From Eubacteriales bacterium (GTDB taxonomy: Bacteria; Bacillota; Clostridia; Oscillospirales; CAG-272): a stretch of DNA of 64,000 nucleotides. This document shows, piece after piece, positions 33,786 to 44,370 of the stretch (its first letter is position 1; every line of letters starts with the position of its first letter). The notes beneath the pieces were generated by a model. The model worked only from the letters and a program-made list of their open reading frames with translations. It was not told the origin of the DNA and did not search any database. Both the position numbers and the translations under genes were made by a program. The DNA lies in assembly GCA_048526005.1 (NCBI GenBank), contig DBFVEH010000021.1:126362-190361 (forward strand). The letters are read 5' to 3'.

Positions 33786-36443
33786 ATGTCGATGTCAAAA
33801 ACGGCGGCGCGTCCTGCGGCGCATGTTTCGGGACTCAGCCACACGGAGGTGGAGCAATCCCGAATAAAGCACGGAACCAATTCTTTTACCAGACAGAAGC
33901 GGAAAAGCTTTTTCCGAAAATATCTCGAGAGCTTCGGGGACCCGATCATCAAAATCCTTTTGGCGGCGCTGGCGGTGAACGTGCTGATCATGTTCCGCAC
34001 GCAGAACTGGTTTGAAACGGCGGGCATCGCCGCGGCCGTGTTTCTCGCGACGTTCGTATCCACGCTGTCGGAATACGGGAGTGAATCGGCGTTTATCCGT
34101 CTCCAAAGAGAATCGGAAAATCAGATGTGCCGCGTGCGCCGGGGAGGCACTCTGCTCGCCATTCCGATCGGCGAAGTGGTGGTCGGAGATATCGTGCTTT
34201 TGGAGGCAGGGGAGAAAATTCCTGCGGACGGTATCCTGATATCCGGATATCTGCACGTCGATCAATCCGCTATCAACGGGGAGAGTGCCGAGGCGAAAAA
34301 ATATCCCGCCGCGGAAGAGGAACGGTGGGATCCCGGCGTGGTCAATCAGCTGTTCCGAGGCACCACGGTGAGCTCTGGGGACGGCGTCATGCTTGTCAGA
34401 AGGGTCGGGGACGGCACGATGTACGGAAGTCTTGCCAGAGAGCTTCAAATCGATGCCGTGGAGAGCCCGATGAAGGTGAGGCTCGCGGTGCTGGCAAAGC
34501 AGATCAGCCGTCTCGGCTATACCGCCGCGGCGCTTATCGCCTTTGCCGACCTCTTCAATGCGATCGTTATGGATAACCATTATGTCGGCGCCGCGATCGT
34601 GGCGGAGCTTCGCGATCTTCCGCTTATGGCGCAGAATCTGATGCATGCGGCGCTTCTTGCGATATCGGTCATCGTTGTGGCGGTGCCCGAGGGACTCCCT
34701 ATGATGATCACCGTTGTGCTGTCCTCGAATATGATGCGTATGCAGCGGGACAACGTCATGGTGCGGAAGCTGGTCGGCATTGAAACCGCCGGCAGCATCA
34801 ACATTCTGTTTACAGATAAGACAGGAACTCTCACGACCGGCAATCTCGCGGTCGAAACTGTTGTTTCGGGGGACGGGAATCCTTATCACAGCATAGGCCA
34901 GCTGCACGTGAATCCGGGGCTTGAACGCCTTGTCGCGCTTTCCTGTATCTGCAACGGCACCGCAGCGCTTTCCGAGGGAAAACCGCTTGGCGGCAACAGC
35001 ACGGAGCGTGCGCTTTTGGAGTTCTGTGCGCCGCTTGTGCCGGAAACGGCGCACGTGAAAAAAATAAAGAGCGTTCCCTTTAACAGCAGCAAAAAATATT
35101 CATGGACGCGGATCGACGACGGCGGCGAGCTGGTCTTGATCAAGGGCGCGCCGGAAAAGCTGCTGCCGAAATGCGGCGGATATTATGACCGTAACGGCGT
35201 GCGGCGCACCGGAATCCCGGACGCGGTATGGAAAAGGCTGTCCGACATGACAAAAAACGCGGTGCGCGTGCTGCTGCTTGCCACCTCCGACCGGGATTTC
35301 GACAGGGAGGACGCAAGGCTCACCCTTGTGGCGCTTGTCGGGATCCGGGATAAGCTGCGTCCGGAGGTGCGGGACGCGGTGGAAACGGTGACGCGGGCGG
35401 GGATCCAGACAGTGATGATCACCGGAGACAACAAGGAGACGGCGGTTTCCATCGCGCGCGATGCAGGATTGCTTTCGGGAAGTCCGCGTGAGCTTGTGCT
35501 GACGGGCAGCGAGCTTGCCGAAATGAGCGACGCGCAGTTAAAAGACGCTATTCCGTCCCTGCGGGTCGTGGCGCGCGCGCTTCCGACCGATAAAAGCCGG
35601 CTTGTCCGTCTGTCCCAAGAGCTGGGGCTTGTGGTCGGCATGACGGGCGACGGCGTCAACGATACCGCGGCGCTCAAACGGGCGGACGTCGGCTTTGCCA
35701 TGGGAGGCGGTACGGAGGTCGCCAAGGACGCGGGCGATATCGTGATTCTTGACAACAATTTCGCTTCGATCACAAAGGCGATTCTTTACGGACGCACGAT
35801 TTTTCACAGCATACGGAAATTTATCGTGTTCCAGCTGACGATGAATTTCTGTGCGGTCGGCGTGTCTCTCCTCGGCCCGTTTATCGGCGTGGATACGCCG
35901 GTGACGGTCATGCAGATGCTTTGGATCAATATCATCATGGATACGCTCGCGGGACTTGCGTTTGCAGGGGAGGCGCCGCAGGCGGCGTATATGGAAGAAA
36001 AGCCGAAGAGCCGCAGGGAACCGATCGTGACGCGCGACATGATCGAGCAGATTCTGATTACGGGCGGCTATACGATCCTCTTGTGTACGGCGTTTCTGCG
36101 TCTTCCCGTGTTCCGCACGGCTTTTGATTTTGCCGGCGATTTCACCGGCTTTATGACTGCCTTCTTCACGCTCTTCGTATTCTGTGGTATTTTCAACGCC
36201 TTCAACGCCCGAACGCATCGGATCAATCTTTTGGCGAATCTGAGAAAAAACAAGAGCTTTATTCTTGTCATGCTCTTTGTTTCCGCAGTGCAGCTTTTGC
36301 TGATCTTCTTCGGCGGGACGATGTTCCGCACGCATGCGCTGACGTTTTCCGCCATCAGGGAGATTTTGCTCCTCGCCTTTACCGTGATTCCGTTTGATCT
36401 CGTCCGGAAGATATTGGAGAGGCTTTTAACCATCCGGGAATAG
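33786..36443 (+). CDS. Cation (Ca2+-type) transporting P2-type ATPase
   Basis: ORF trimmed to MSMSKTAARP after GGAGGAG. DKTGTLT, TGDNKETA, MTGDGVNDTAALKRADVG, PEGLP in TM4. TAG stop. Confidence 0.85.
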   Translation: MSMSKTAARPAAHVSGLSHTEVEQSRIKHGTNSFTRQKRKSFFRKYLESFGDPIIKILLAALAVNVLIMFRTQNWFETAGIAAAVFLATFVSTLSEYGSESAFIRLQRESENQMCRVRRGGTLLAIPIGEVVVGDIVLLEAGEKIPADGILISGYLHVDQSAINGESAEAKKYPAAEEERWDPGVVNQLFRGTTVSSGDGVMLVRRVGDGTMYGSLARELQIDAVESPMKVRLAVLAKQISRLGYTAAALIAFADLFNAIVMDNHYVGAAIVAELRDLPLMAQNLMHAALLAISVIVVAVPEGLPMMITVVLSSNMMRMQRDNVMVRKLVGIETAGSINILFTDKTGTLTTGNLAVETVVSGDGNPYHSIGQLHVNPGLERLVALSCICNGTAALSEGKPLGGNSTERALLEFCAPLVPETAHVKKIKSVPFNSSKKYSWTRIDDGGELVLIKGAPEKLLPKCGGYYDRNGVRRTGIPDAVWKRLSDMTKNAVRVLLLATSDRDFDREDARLTLVALVGIRDKLRPEVRDAVETVTRAGIQTVMITGDNKETAVSIARDAGLLSGSPRELVLTGSELAEMSDAQLKDAIPSLRVVARALPTDKSRLVRLSQELGLVVGMTGDGVNDTAALKRADVGFAMGGGTEVAKDAGDIVILDNNFASITKAILYGRTIFHSIRKFIVFQLTMNFCAVGVSLLGPFIGVDTPVTVMQMLWINIIMDTLAGLAFAGEAPQAAYMEEKPKSRREPIVTRDMIEQILITGGYTILLCTAFLRLPVFRTAFDFAGDFTGFMTAFFTLFVFCGIFNAFNARTHRINLLANLRKNKSFILVMLFVSAVQLLLIFFGGTMFRTHALTFSAIREILLLAFTVIPFDLVRKILERLLTIRE

Positions 36444-36560
36444 ACGGAAATGCACGCAAAAGGGCATGTCATAGACGGAGGCGATATTTTGAAGAGCGGC
36501 AGCTTCGGGTGTAAGAGCCATGACAGGCAGCGGAGTTCGCTTGTATTTTGATAGAAAATG

Positions 36561-36593
36561 AAAAACCATCCGCATTTGCGGATGGTTTTTTTA
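36561..36593 (+). terminator. Intrinsic terminator
   Basis: accatccgc-attt-gcggatggt followed by TTTTTT. Confidence 0.6.
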
Positions 36594-36753
36594 TTGGATG
36601 CCGCCGCTTCGGCCTCTTGTATTGTGCATATTTTTTTCCTGAACCGGCAAATAATAATAGGACGAAAACGCATGGATTCGATTGAATTATGATTTTATAC
36701 ATGTCTTTATTATGTGATTGGCCGCGTGTCGGATGCGGCGGAACGGAGTGGTT

Positions 36754-39700
36754 ATGTCGGAACATAATATGGCGGCGGGCGGCTTCTCTGAAAATGCGGA
36801 AAAGCCGGAATGGAGGCGAACGGCGCCCTTTGTCGGAGAAGCGCGGAGGGTCCGGCGGAGCTTCCGCCGATTGATAGGCCGGGAGAGAGAAGCGGCGTCC
36901 GGCGTTCTTGCGGATCATGGTCCAAAAATCGAACGGGAGCTTTCCGCCGCGATAAAATCGCTCGGCGATTACGAAAAGCTTCCCGCTTTATCGGACGGAC
37001 GCCCGTATCTGTATTCCTGCGCTTTGGCCTATATGGAGGCCTGCGACGGCGCGCCGTCGCAGAAATCGCTTTGCGAGTTTCTTTCCCTTCGCCAAACCGG
37101 AAAATCATTTTACAACTGCGAAATGATCCTTCTGCGCAGCTTTCTTGTGATCGCTGCTGTCTCCCTTTATCTGGAAAAGACGGACGAGAGATATCTCGGC
37201 GCGGTAAACAGGCTTTCGGATATCGATTTTGAAGCGGTGTATTTTATGTTTTCCGGCGTGGAAAAGATATTTTCATCGGAGGCAGCCGGTGTTTATATCC
37301 ACAGCGATGTCAAAACGCGGCGCTTATATCATGAGCGGCTTCGTTTGCTTGCCAAGCGCCGGAAAATGGACGAGCTTGCCGCCGCACGTGAAATCGTAGC
37401 CTGCGCCAACAAGCAGAGAACGCATATCGGTGCGGTCTTAAAAACGCATCATGGAGCGGCGCCGAAGCTGTATTTTTATTTTTTGACCGTTCTTGCCGTT
37501 TCCATGGCGGCTTTGTATGCGATCCTTTGCGGCGCCGGGATTTTTACGATGTTTCTGCTTCCGTTTGTCGCGGTGCCGCTTTATACCTTTTCCAAGGAAT
37601 TTTTGCCGCCGTTTTTTGCGGAGACGGGAGAAAAGACGCTTCCGAAGCTTTCAGGAGGGGAGGAATTTGACAAAACGCGGACGCTGGTCGCGGTTGCGAC
37701 GCTGCTTTTCGGCGAGGAGAAGGATGCCGCGATTTTTGATAAAATCGAAGATTTTTACCTGACGAACAAGAGTGAGAACGTCCGTTTCGCCGTTCTCGGA
37801 GATCTCGGTCAGAGTGAAAAAAGAACGTCGGATAAGGACGCTTCGGTGATCGCCTACGCGAAGAGCCGGATCGCCGCGCTCAATGCGAAGTATGGGGATT
37901 TCTTCGCTCTCTTCATTCGCGAGCGCCGCAGATCCGTCAGCGAAAACGCTTATATCGGCTGGGAGCGAAAGCGCGGCGGCGTGCTGGAGCTTTGCCGTTT
38001 TCTGCGCGGGGAGAGAACGAGCATCCATGTGTTCGAGGGCGACAGGGATTTCCTCTCGGGCGTTCGGTATCTGATCACGCTTGACGCCGATACGAATCTT
38101 TATATCGGCGCCGTAGGCGAGCTTGTCGGCGCGATGCTGCATCCGGAAAATCGAGCGGTGATCGATGAGAGGCGAGGGATCGTGGTATCCGGACACGCGG
38201 TCATTCAGCCGAGAATGATCACCGCCTTGGATTCCGCCTCCGTATCCGCCTTTGCGCGGCTGACCGGCGGCGCCGGCGGTATCGATATCTATGCCGGAAC
38301 CTCCTCCGACGTCTATCAGCAGGTGTTCGACGAAGGGATTTTCTGCGGAAAGGGAATCATCGATATCGACGCTTTCTTAAAGGTCTGCGACGGCTTCTTC
38401 CCGAACGAAAGGATCCTCAGTCACGATCTCGTGGAGGGCAATCTGCTGCGTTCGGCGCTCGGCTCCGATATCGTGCTTTCCGACAGCACGCCGAAGAACG
38501 CGCTGTCTTATTATACCCGTATGCACAGATGGATTCGCGGCGATCTTCAGGTGATGCCGTATCTTCGGAAAACTGTCAAAAACGCCGAAGGGAAGCGGAT
38601 GAGAAATCCGATGTCGAGGCTTTCCAAATTCAAAATATTCGACAATTTCATGAGGGGCCTCACTCCGCTTTCCGCTTTGCTGGCTATTTTGCTTTCTTTC
38701 GTATTTGGACTGAAAACGGCGGCGATCACGGCGCTTTTTTCCCTTTTATATATCATTTCTCCCATTGTCACGCAGTTTTTCACCGGACTGTATTACCGCA
38801 ATCTCGGAACTGCGGCGAGACGCTTTTATTCCGTGACGCTGCCGCATTTTCTCGATACGGTCGCCTATGCCTTTTTCCGTGCGGGCGCTTTGGTTTACGA
38901 AGGCTATCTGTTTGCGGACGCCGCCGTGCGCACCGTGTACCGCTTTCTTGTCAGTCACAGAAATTTCTTGAACTGGACGACGGCGTCCGAGGGGGACAGC
39001 AGAAAGCGCGGCGAAATCGATGATTATTTCGCAAAAATGTGGATATCTGCTGTGGCCGGTCTTGCTTTCCTCTGCATTCCGGCGGCGTTTACCCATGTTT
39101 TGGGACTGCTGTGGCTCGCGTTTCCATTTGCGATGTGGGCGCTTTCCAGAGAAAACAGAAAGGGCGTATATGTCTCCGACAAGGTGAAGGAGGAGCTGAG
39201 CGAATATCTCCATGCGTCGTGGCTGTATTTTAGGGATATGGTCGGCGAAGAGACGAATTTTCTGCCGCCCGACAACTATCAGCTCTCGCCGGCGGAGCGC
39301 GTCGCGATGCGCACGTCTCCGACGAATATCGGACTTTATCTTTTGTCCGTTTTGGCGGCGCGCGACAACGATCTTATCACGAGCGAGGAGCTGTATGCCT
39401 ATGCGGACGGGACGCTGCGTTCGCTTTCCAAAATGCTGACGTGGAACGGTCATTTTTACAACTGGTATGATATCGGGACGCTGGAGGTGATCGGCGAGCC
39501 CTTTATTTCGACGGTGGACAGCGGAAATTTTATCACGTCTCTTGTCGCGTTTTGCGAGGGGCTCAAGGAATACGTCGGGGAGTATCCGGCGCTGCTGAAC
39601 GCCGTTTATGCCTATGAGAAGATCATTTCCGCGGCGGACTTCCGCGCTCTTTATGATCCGCACAGAAGGCTTTTCAAGATCGGATACGATGTGAAAACCG

Positions 39701-42700
39701 CAAAATTCAGCGATTCCTGCTATGACACGTTTATGAGCGAGTCCCGGACGACGAGCTATTTTGCCACGGCGACGCTTGCCGTTCCGAGAGAGCATTATTT
39801 TACGATGTCGCGGCGGGTGATATCCGCGGGCGGCGAGATCGGGATCGCGTCGTGGAGCGGCACGGCGTTTGAGTATTTTATGCCGGCGCTTCTGCTTCCG
39901 ACGGAGAGGAACTCTCTTTCGGATGAGGCGCTCGCCTTCGCCTATCGGAGGCAGCGACGGGCAGGGATCTCCAAAGAGGCGATGGGGCGCCGCTATAACG
40001 TGTTCGGCATTTCCGAGAGCGGATATTTCGGCTTTGATTACGAGATGAATTATCAATATCGGGCGTTCGGCGTCGATAGGCTGGCACTCGATCCGACGAT
40101 CGGGAACGGCGCCGTGATTTCTCCATATTCGAGCTTTCTCATGCTGGAACGCGACCCCGCCCGTGTGGCGGCGAACCTGCGCCGGCTGCGTGCGCTTGGT
40201 CTGTACGGAAAATACGGCTTTTATGAAGCGGTCGATTTTGATACGGCGCGTGTAGGCGGCGGATATGCCGTGGTCAAAAGCTATATGGCGCATCACGTCG
40301 GCATGAGCATCGTCGCCTGTGCGAACGCTGCGGACGAGGGCATTTTCCGCAGGCGTTTTATGCGTTCTCCCGTGATGCGCGCCTCCCGGGAGCTGCTCTC
40401 GGAGAAGATCCCGGTTTCCGCGCGCAGCATTTCCTTGAAGAAACGGGCTCGGGTGCCGGAGATGCCGCCGCGCTTTTCCGGCACGGAGGAGAAAAATCAG
40501 CCGAAGTACGAATACAATCTGGTTTATCCGGAAATCCATCTGATCTCCAACAACAAAACGAAGATCATCGCTTCGTCGTCCGGTCATGTGGAACTTTCCG
40601 ACGGCTCGGACGTGTTGTGCCTTTCCGAGTTCGACCGGTATTCGCTGGGCGGCGGTCTGCGGGTATACGCAAATATCGACGGACGGGTGTTTTCCGCGTT
40701 TCCGCTGTCGGAAGAGCCGGAGGGCTTTACGGGAAAATTCGAGTTCATCATGAAGTCGGATTCTGTCGAGTACAGTTCCCGCCACACCGACGGCAAGCGC
40801 AGCTATGAGTTCTGCGTGCGTTTTTCCGTGTACCCGGATAGGGAAATCTATGAAATCGCGTGCCGGATCGCCGGAAGCTACCGTCATGCGCATGCGTTTC
40901 TGTATTTTCAGCCGGTGCTGGACAAGCGGAATGCCTATGAAGCGCATAAAAGCTTTTCCGGGCTTTTCATCGAAAGCGGGTATTATCCGGATGAGTCGGT
41001 GCTCCTTTTCAAGAGACGACCGAGAAACGATAAAAAGCCGGAAAAGCTTCTCGGCGTCACAGCATATCCGGAGGCGGAGAGAGGCTTTTTCGATACGATG
41101 CGGGATAAGCTTCTGCCGCTCATGGCGGGGGAGCGGGATTATGCGGCGCTTGCCGACGCTTCGCTTTCCGATTCCGCAGGGGCTGTCATCGTGCCCGCCT
41201 GCGCGTTGCGGAGCGGAGAGGTCTCCGCGAAAAAGGGCAGAGCTTCTTTCTATATCGGATATTCGACGGACGCGGACGATCTTCTCTATGTGCTGGCGAA
41301 ATGCCGCGCAGGGGAAGGCTCGCTTTCCCGCAGATATGCGATGGGCGACATTCTGAATCTGCAATACTGCTCCGCCGGACTGAACAAAAGCGCGGCGGCG
41401 CTGGAACGCTTCGTGCTGCGCGGCATGACGCTTGGCGCAGCGGCGGCACAGGAAGCACCGGAGCTTTTCATCGACAAGAGCTGTCTGTGGAAGCATTCGA
41501 TCTCAGGAGAGAATAAGATCGTTCTCGCCAGATTCACCTCGGAAAACGAGGAACAGAAAAGGCGTTTGTTCGATCTCATTCGGCTTTTCAAATATATGTG
41601 CATCCGCGGCGTGCGGTATGATTTTGTGATTCTGTATTCGGAAAACGATCACTATAACGCGCCGTGCAGAAAGGTCATCGAGGGCATGGTGCGCCGTGCG
41701 GGGTGCGAGAATTTCGTATCATGGACGGGCGGCATCTTCATGCTGGGAGCCGCCTCGATGACGGCGGCGGAGCTTGCCTCCCTTGAAAAGCTGTCCTGCG
41801 CGGTATTCGATCTGTCCGTTCCCATCGAGGTGACGGCGAGTGCGAATCAGTTTTTTGTGCCGGTTTCCGAGGAGACGACGAGAATGCTGAAAAAGGGCTT
41901 TTCCACCGAAATCCTCGATGTGGCGCCGCCTGAGATCGCGCCCATCCGGCATGTAAAGGGCGGATTTTTCCATGAGAACGGCTTTGTGACGGAAAAGCCG
42001 CATGGCTCTGTTCCGTGGGCTCACATCATCGCGTCGGAAAATTTCGGCACGGTGATAACGGAAAACTCCCTCGGCTTTTCCTATGCGGAAAGCTCGGGCA
42101 TGAAAAAGCTCACGCCGCACAGCGCGGACAATATGAGCGAGGACTGCGGAGAGCGGCTGATCCTTCGCGTATACGATCGTTTTGATCCTGAAAAATATGA
42201 TGATTATGATCTTATCGCCTCGGCAAAATATGCGAATTATGCTTTCGGCTATGCCGAATATACCGGACAGGCCGGCGGCGTTTGGTTTCGCGTGACCGTC
42301 GGCGTCGTGGGCAGGCATTTTATCAAGAAGCTTTCCGTCAGACTGGAATCGGGCGGGACGGAAACGCTTCATGCGGCCGTTTGCTATATCGTGAAGCCGT
42401 GTATCGGCGAAAAACGGGACGCGGCGAATCTTTACCGCTTCAAAGGGGAAAACGGGACGATCCATATTTCCCGCATGACGGACGGCGGCATGGGACGCGG
42501 CAGGCTCGCCGTGATGGCGCCGGACGCGGATGCGCTTTATACAAGTTATACCGCGTTTCTGTGCGGCGGAAAGCTGTTTGACGGACGTTCGGACTGCGCT
42601 GCCGTCTCCGTCGGCGTCACGTCGGAGGGGGTGTTTGAAACCGATTTTTATCTTGCCGCGTATTTTACAAAGCAGCATTTTGATTTTATCCGGAATTTGT

Positions 42701-44244
42701 GCTTTTCCGGGGACAGCCGGCTTCATAGCGTGGACGGCAGGCTGTTCCGACGCCTTTCGGTCAAAACTGAGAACCCGCTTTTTGACGAGATCGTCAACAA
42801 ATGGTCTTTGTATCAGACCTTGTATTCGAGAATATATGCGCGCAGCGGCTTCTATCAGGTCAGCGGCGCCTACGGCTTCCGCGACCAGCTTCAGGATGCG
42901 CTCGCGCTGATCTCCGTCATGCCGCGCACGGCCGCCGTGCTGATTCTGCGCGCGGCGGCGCATCAGTATGAGGACGGCAGCGTGCAGCACTGGTGGCATC
43001 CCGGAACGGGAATGGGCATCATGACGCGCTGCTCGGACGATTTCCTGTGGCTGCCGTTCGTTGCGGCGGAGTATGTGAGAATGACGGGCGACGATGAGAT
43101 TTTGGATAAGCGGATCGCCTATCTTTCCTCGCCGCCGCTCGGACGGGACGAGGAGGAGCGCTATGAAAGAGCGGGGAAAAGCCATGTGCGGGAACCCCTG
43201 TTTTCCCACATGATCCGTGCGGTGGAAAACGGAATGCGCACGGGTGCGCATGGCCTTCCGCTGATCGGAACCTGCGACTGGAACGACGGCATGAACCTTG
43301 TCGGCCGCGGCGGCAGGGGAGAGAGCGTGTGGCTCGCATTTTTCACGGTGCTTGTGCTCCGGCGGATGCTTCCGCTTTTGCGGACGCGCGGCATGGAGGA
43401 GCTTTGTCTGCGATACGAGAGCAAAATAGAGGAACTGCTCTCCGCTGTCGAGACGCAGGCCTATGACGGCGCATGGTATCTGCGCGGCTTTTATGACGAC
43501 GGCGGCAAGCTCGGTTCCCGTGAAAGAGAGGACTGCAAGATCGACGTGCTTCCGCAGGCGTTCTCGATGATCACGGCAAAGGAGCTTGGTCTTGATAAAA
43601 CGCGCTCTGCGGCCGCGATGGATTCCGTTTACAGCCTTCTGTTTGATAAGGAAAACAAGCTTATTCGTCTGCTTTATCCGCCTTTTGACGCGGATGAGCA
43701 ATCGCCCGGTTATATCAAAGGCTATGTTCCTGGTATCCGGGAAAACGGCGGCCAATATACGCACGCCGCGGTTTGGGCTTCTATCGGATTTTTGGCCGGT
43801 GATGAAAACGACAGGGGCGCGGAAACGCTGTTTGCCATCAATCCCGCGGTGCGGTATGAGGATGCGGCGCTTGCGGAAAAATACAAAATCGAGCCGTATG
43901 TGCTGGCTGGCGACGTCTATACGAATCCGTTCCATGCGGGACGCGGCGGCTGGAGCTGGTATACCGGTTCTGCCGCATGGTATCGCAAGGCGGCCTTGGA
44001 GGTCCTCTGCGGTTATATGGAGGAAGGCGGCGGATTTTCGCTTTCTCCTCATCTTTCGGAGCGCTTCCGCGGCTTCGAGCTGTCGGTTTCCCGCGGGGAC
44101 TGCCGCTATCACATCGAGGTCTCCGTGTCGGACAAGGACGAGCTCATCCTCGACGGCGTGCCGCTTGCGGACGTCGTTTCACACCGCTTCGTCTTTGACG
44201 GACTGTGCCACGAGGTCATTTTGAAACGAAAGCTGTCATCATAA
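36754..44244 (+). CDS. Cyclic beta-1,2-glucan synthase-like giant protein (Cgs/NdvB/ChvB-type: GT84 domain, TM region, middle domain, C-terminal GH94 phosphorylase domain)
   Basis: 2,496 aa. GT84-like GWERKRGGVLE, ITLDADTNL, SHDLVEGNLLRSA, RMHRWIRGDLQ. GH94-like TRCSDDFLWLP, GTCDWNDGMN, ENGGQYTHAAVW. ATG 36754 chosen (GGAG 6 nt upstream). Confidence 0.85.
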   Translation: MSEHNMAAGGFSENAEKPEWRRTAPFVGEARRVRRSFRRLIGREREAASGVLADHGPKIERELSAAIKSLGDYEKLPALSDGRPYLYSCALAYMEACDGAPSQKSLCEFLSLRQTGKSFYNCEMILLRSFLVIAAVSLYLEKTDERYLGAVNRLSDIDFEAVYFMFSGVEKIFSSEAAGVYIHSDVKTRRLYHERLRLLAKRRKMDELAAAREIVACANKQRTHIGAVLKTHHGAAPKLYFYFLTVLAVSMAALYAILCGAGIFTMFLLPFVAVPLYTFSKEFLPPFFAETGEKTLPKLSGGEEFDKTRTLVAVATLLFGEEKDAAIFDKIEDFYLTNKSENVRFAVLGDLGQSEKRTSDKDASVIAYAKSRIAALNAKYGDFFALFIRERRRSVSENAYIGWERKRGGVLELCRFLRGERTSIHVFEGDRDFLSGVRYLITLDADTNLYIGAVGELVGAMLHPENRAVIDERRGIVVSGHAVIQPRMITALDSASVSAFARLTGGAGGIDIYAGTSSDVYQQVFDEGIFCGKGIIDIDAFLKVCDGFFPNERILSHDLVEGNLLRSALGSDIVLSDSTPKNALSYYTRMHRWIRGDLQVMPYLRKTVKNAEGKRMRNPMSRLSKFKIFDNFMRGLTPLSALLAILLSFVFGLKTAAITALFSLLYIISPIVTQFFTGLYYRNLGTAARRFYSVTLPHFLDTVAYAFFRAGALVYEGYLFADAAVRTVYRFLVSHRNFLNWTTASEGDSRKRGEIDDYFAKMWISAVAGLAFLCIPAAFTHVLGLLWLAFPFAMWALSRENRKGVYVSDKVKEELSEYLHASWLYFRDMVGEETNFLPPDNYQLSPAERVAMRTSPTNIGLYLLSVLAARDNDLITSEELYAYADGTLRSLSKMLTWNGHFYNWYDIGTLEVIGEPFISTVDSGNFITSLVAFCEGLKEYVGEYPALLNAVYAYEKIISAADFRALYDPHRRLFKIGYDVKTAKFSDSCYDTFMSESRTTSYFATATLAVPREHYFTMSRRVISAGGEIGIASWSGTAFEYFMPALLLPTERNSLSDEALAFAYRRQRRAGISKEAMGRRYNVFGISESGYFGFDYEMNYQYRAFGVDRLALDPTIGNGAVISPYSSFLMLERDPARVAANLRRLRALGLYGKYGFYEAVDFDTARVGGGYAVVKSYMAHHVGMSIVACANAADEGIFRRRFMRSPVMRASRELLSEKIPVSARSISLKKRARVPEMPPRFSGTEEKNQPKYEYNLVYPEIHLISNNKTKIIASSSGHVELSDGSDVLCLSEFDRYSLGGGLRVYANIDGRVFSAFPLSEEPEGFTGKFEFIMKSDSVEYSSRHTDGKRSYEFCVRFSVYPDREIYEIACRIAGSYRHAHAFLYFQPVLDKRNAYEAHKSFSGLFIESGYYPDESVLLFKRRPRNDKKPEKLLGVTAYPEAERGFFDTMRDKLLPLMAGERDYAALADASLSDSAGAVIVPACALRSGEVSAKKGRASFYIGYSTDADDLLYVLAKCRAGEGSLSRRYAMGDILNLQYCSAGLNKSAAALERFVLRGMTLGAAAAQEAPELFIDKSCLWKHSISGENKIVLARFTSENEEQKRRLFDLIRLFKYMCIRGVRYDFVILYSENDHYNAPCRKVIEGMVRRAGCENFVSWTGGIFMLGAASMTAAELASLEKLSCAVFDLSVPIEVTASANQFFVPVSEETTRMLKKGFSTEILDVAPPEIAPIRHVKGGFFHENGFVTEKPHGSVPWAHIIASENFGTVITENSLGFSYAESSGMKKLTPHSADNMSEDCGERLILRVYDRFDPEKYDDYDLIASAKYANYAFGYAEYTGQAGGVWFRVTVGVVGRHFIKKLSVRLESGGTETLHAAVCYIVKPCIGEKRDAANLYRFKGENGTIHISRMTDGGMGRGRLAVMAPDADALYTSYTAFLCGGKLFDGRSDCAAVSVGVTSEGVFETDFYLAAYFTKQHFDFIRNLCFSGDSRLHSVDGRLFRRLSVKTENPLFDEIVNKWSLYQTLYSRIYARSGFYQVSGAYGFRDQLQDALALISVMPRTAAVLILRAAAHQYEDGSVQHWWHPGTGMGIMTRCSDDFLWLPFVAAEYVRMTGDDEILDKRIAYLSSPPLGRDEEERYERAGKSHVREPLFSHMIRAVENGMRTGAHGLPLIGTCDWNDGMNLVGRGGRGESVWLAFFTVLVLRRMLPLLRTRGMEELCLRYESKIEELLSAVETQAYDGAWYLRGFYDDGGKLGSREREDCKIDVLPQAFSMITAKELGLDKTRSAAAMDSVYSLLFDKENKLIRLLYPPFDADEQSPGYIKGYVPGIRENGGQYTHAAVWASIGFLAGDENDRGAETLFAINPAVRYEDAALAEKYKIEPYVLAGDVYTNPFHAGRGGWSWYTGSAAWYRKAALEVLCGYMEEGGGFSLSPHLSERFRGFELSVSRGDCRYHIEVSVSDKDELILDGVPLADVVSHRFVFDGLCHEVILKRKLSS

Positions 44245-44341
44245 AATCAAATCCGTGCAGGCAAGGATGGCTTGTTTGCACGGGTTTGGTTATTCGGAGA
44301 TATCCCGGATGGGGGGATAGATTGCCGAAGGCAGAAGCGAC

Positions 44342-44369
44342 AAAAAGCCGCTGGCGCAGCCAGCGGCTT
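44342..44369 (-). terminator. Intrinsic terminator downstream of the ybaK-like gene
   Basis: Minus strand: aagccgctgg-ctgcg-ccagcggctt followed by TTTTT. Confidence 0.5.
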
Positions 44370-44370
44370 C

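Noticed and set aside
38746-44112. Two very long antisense ORFs (916 aa at 38746-41496 and 797 aa at 41719-44112) opposite the glucan-synthase gene.
   Set aside because: They are Arg/His/Gly/Pro-rich low-complexity translations with no SD and no recognisable motifs. They lie opposite an ORF with dense conserved GT84/GH94 motifs. This is typical of shadow ORFs caused by GC-rich third-codon positions.
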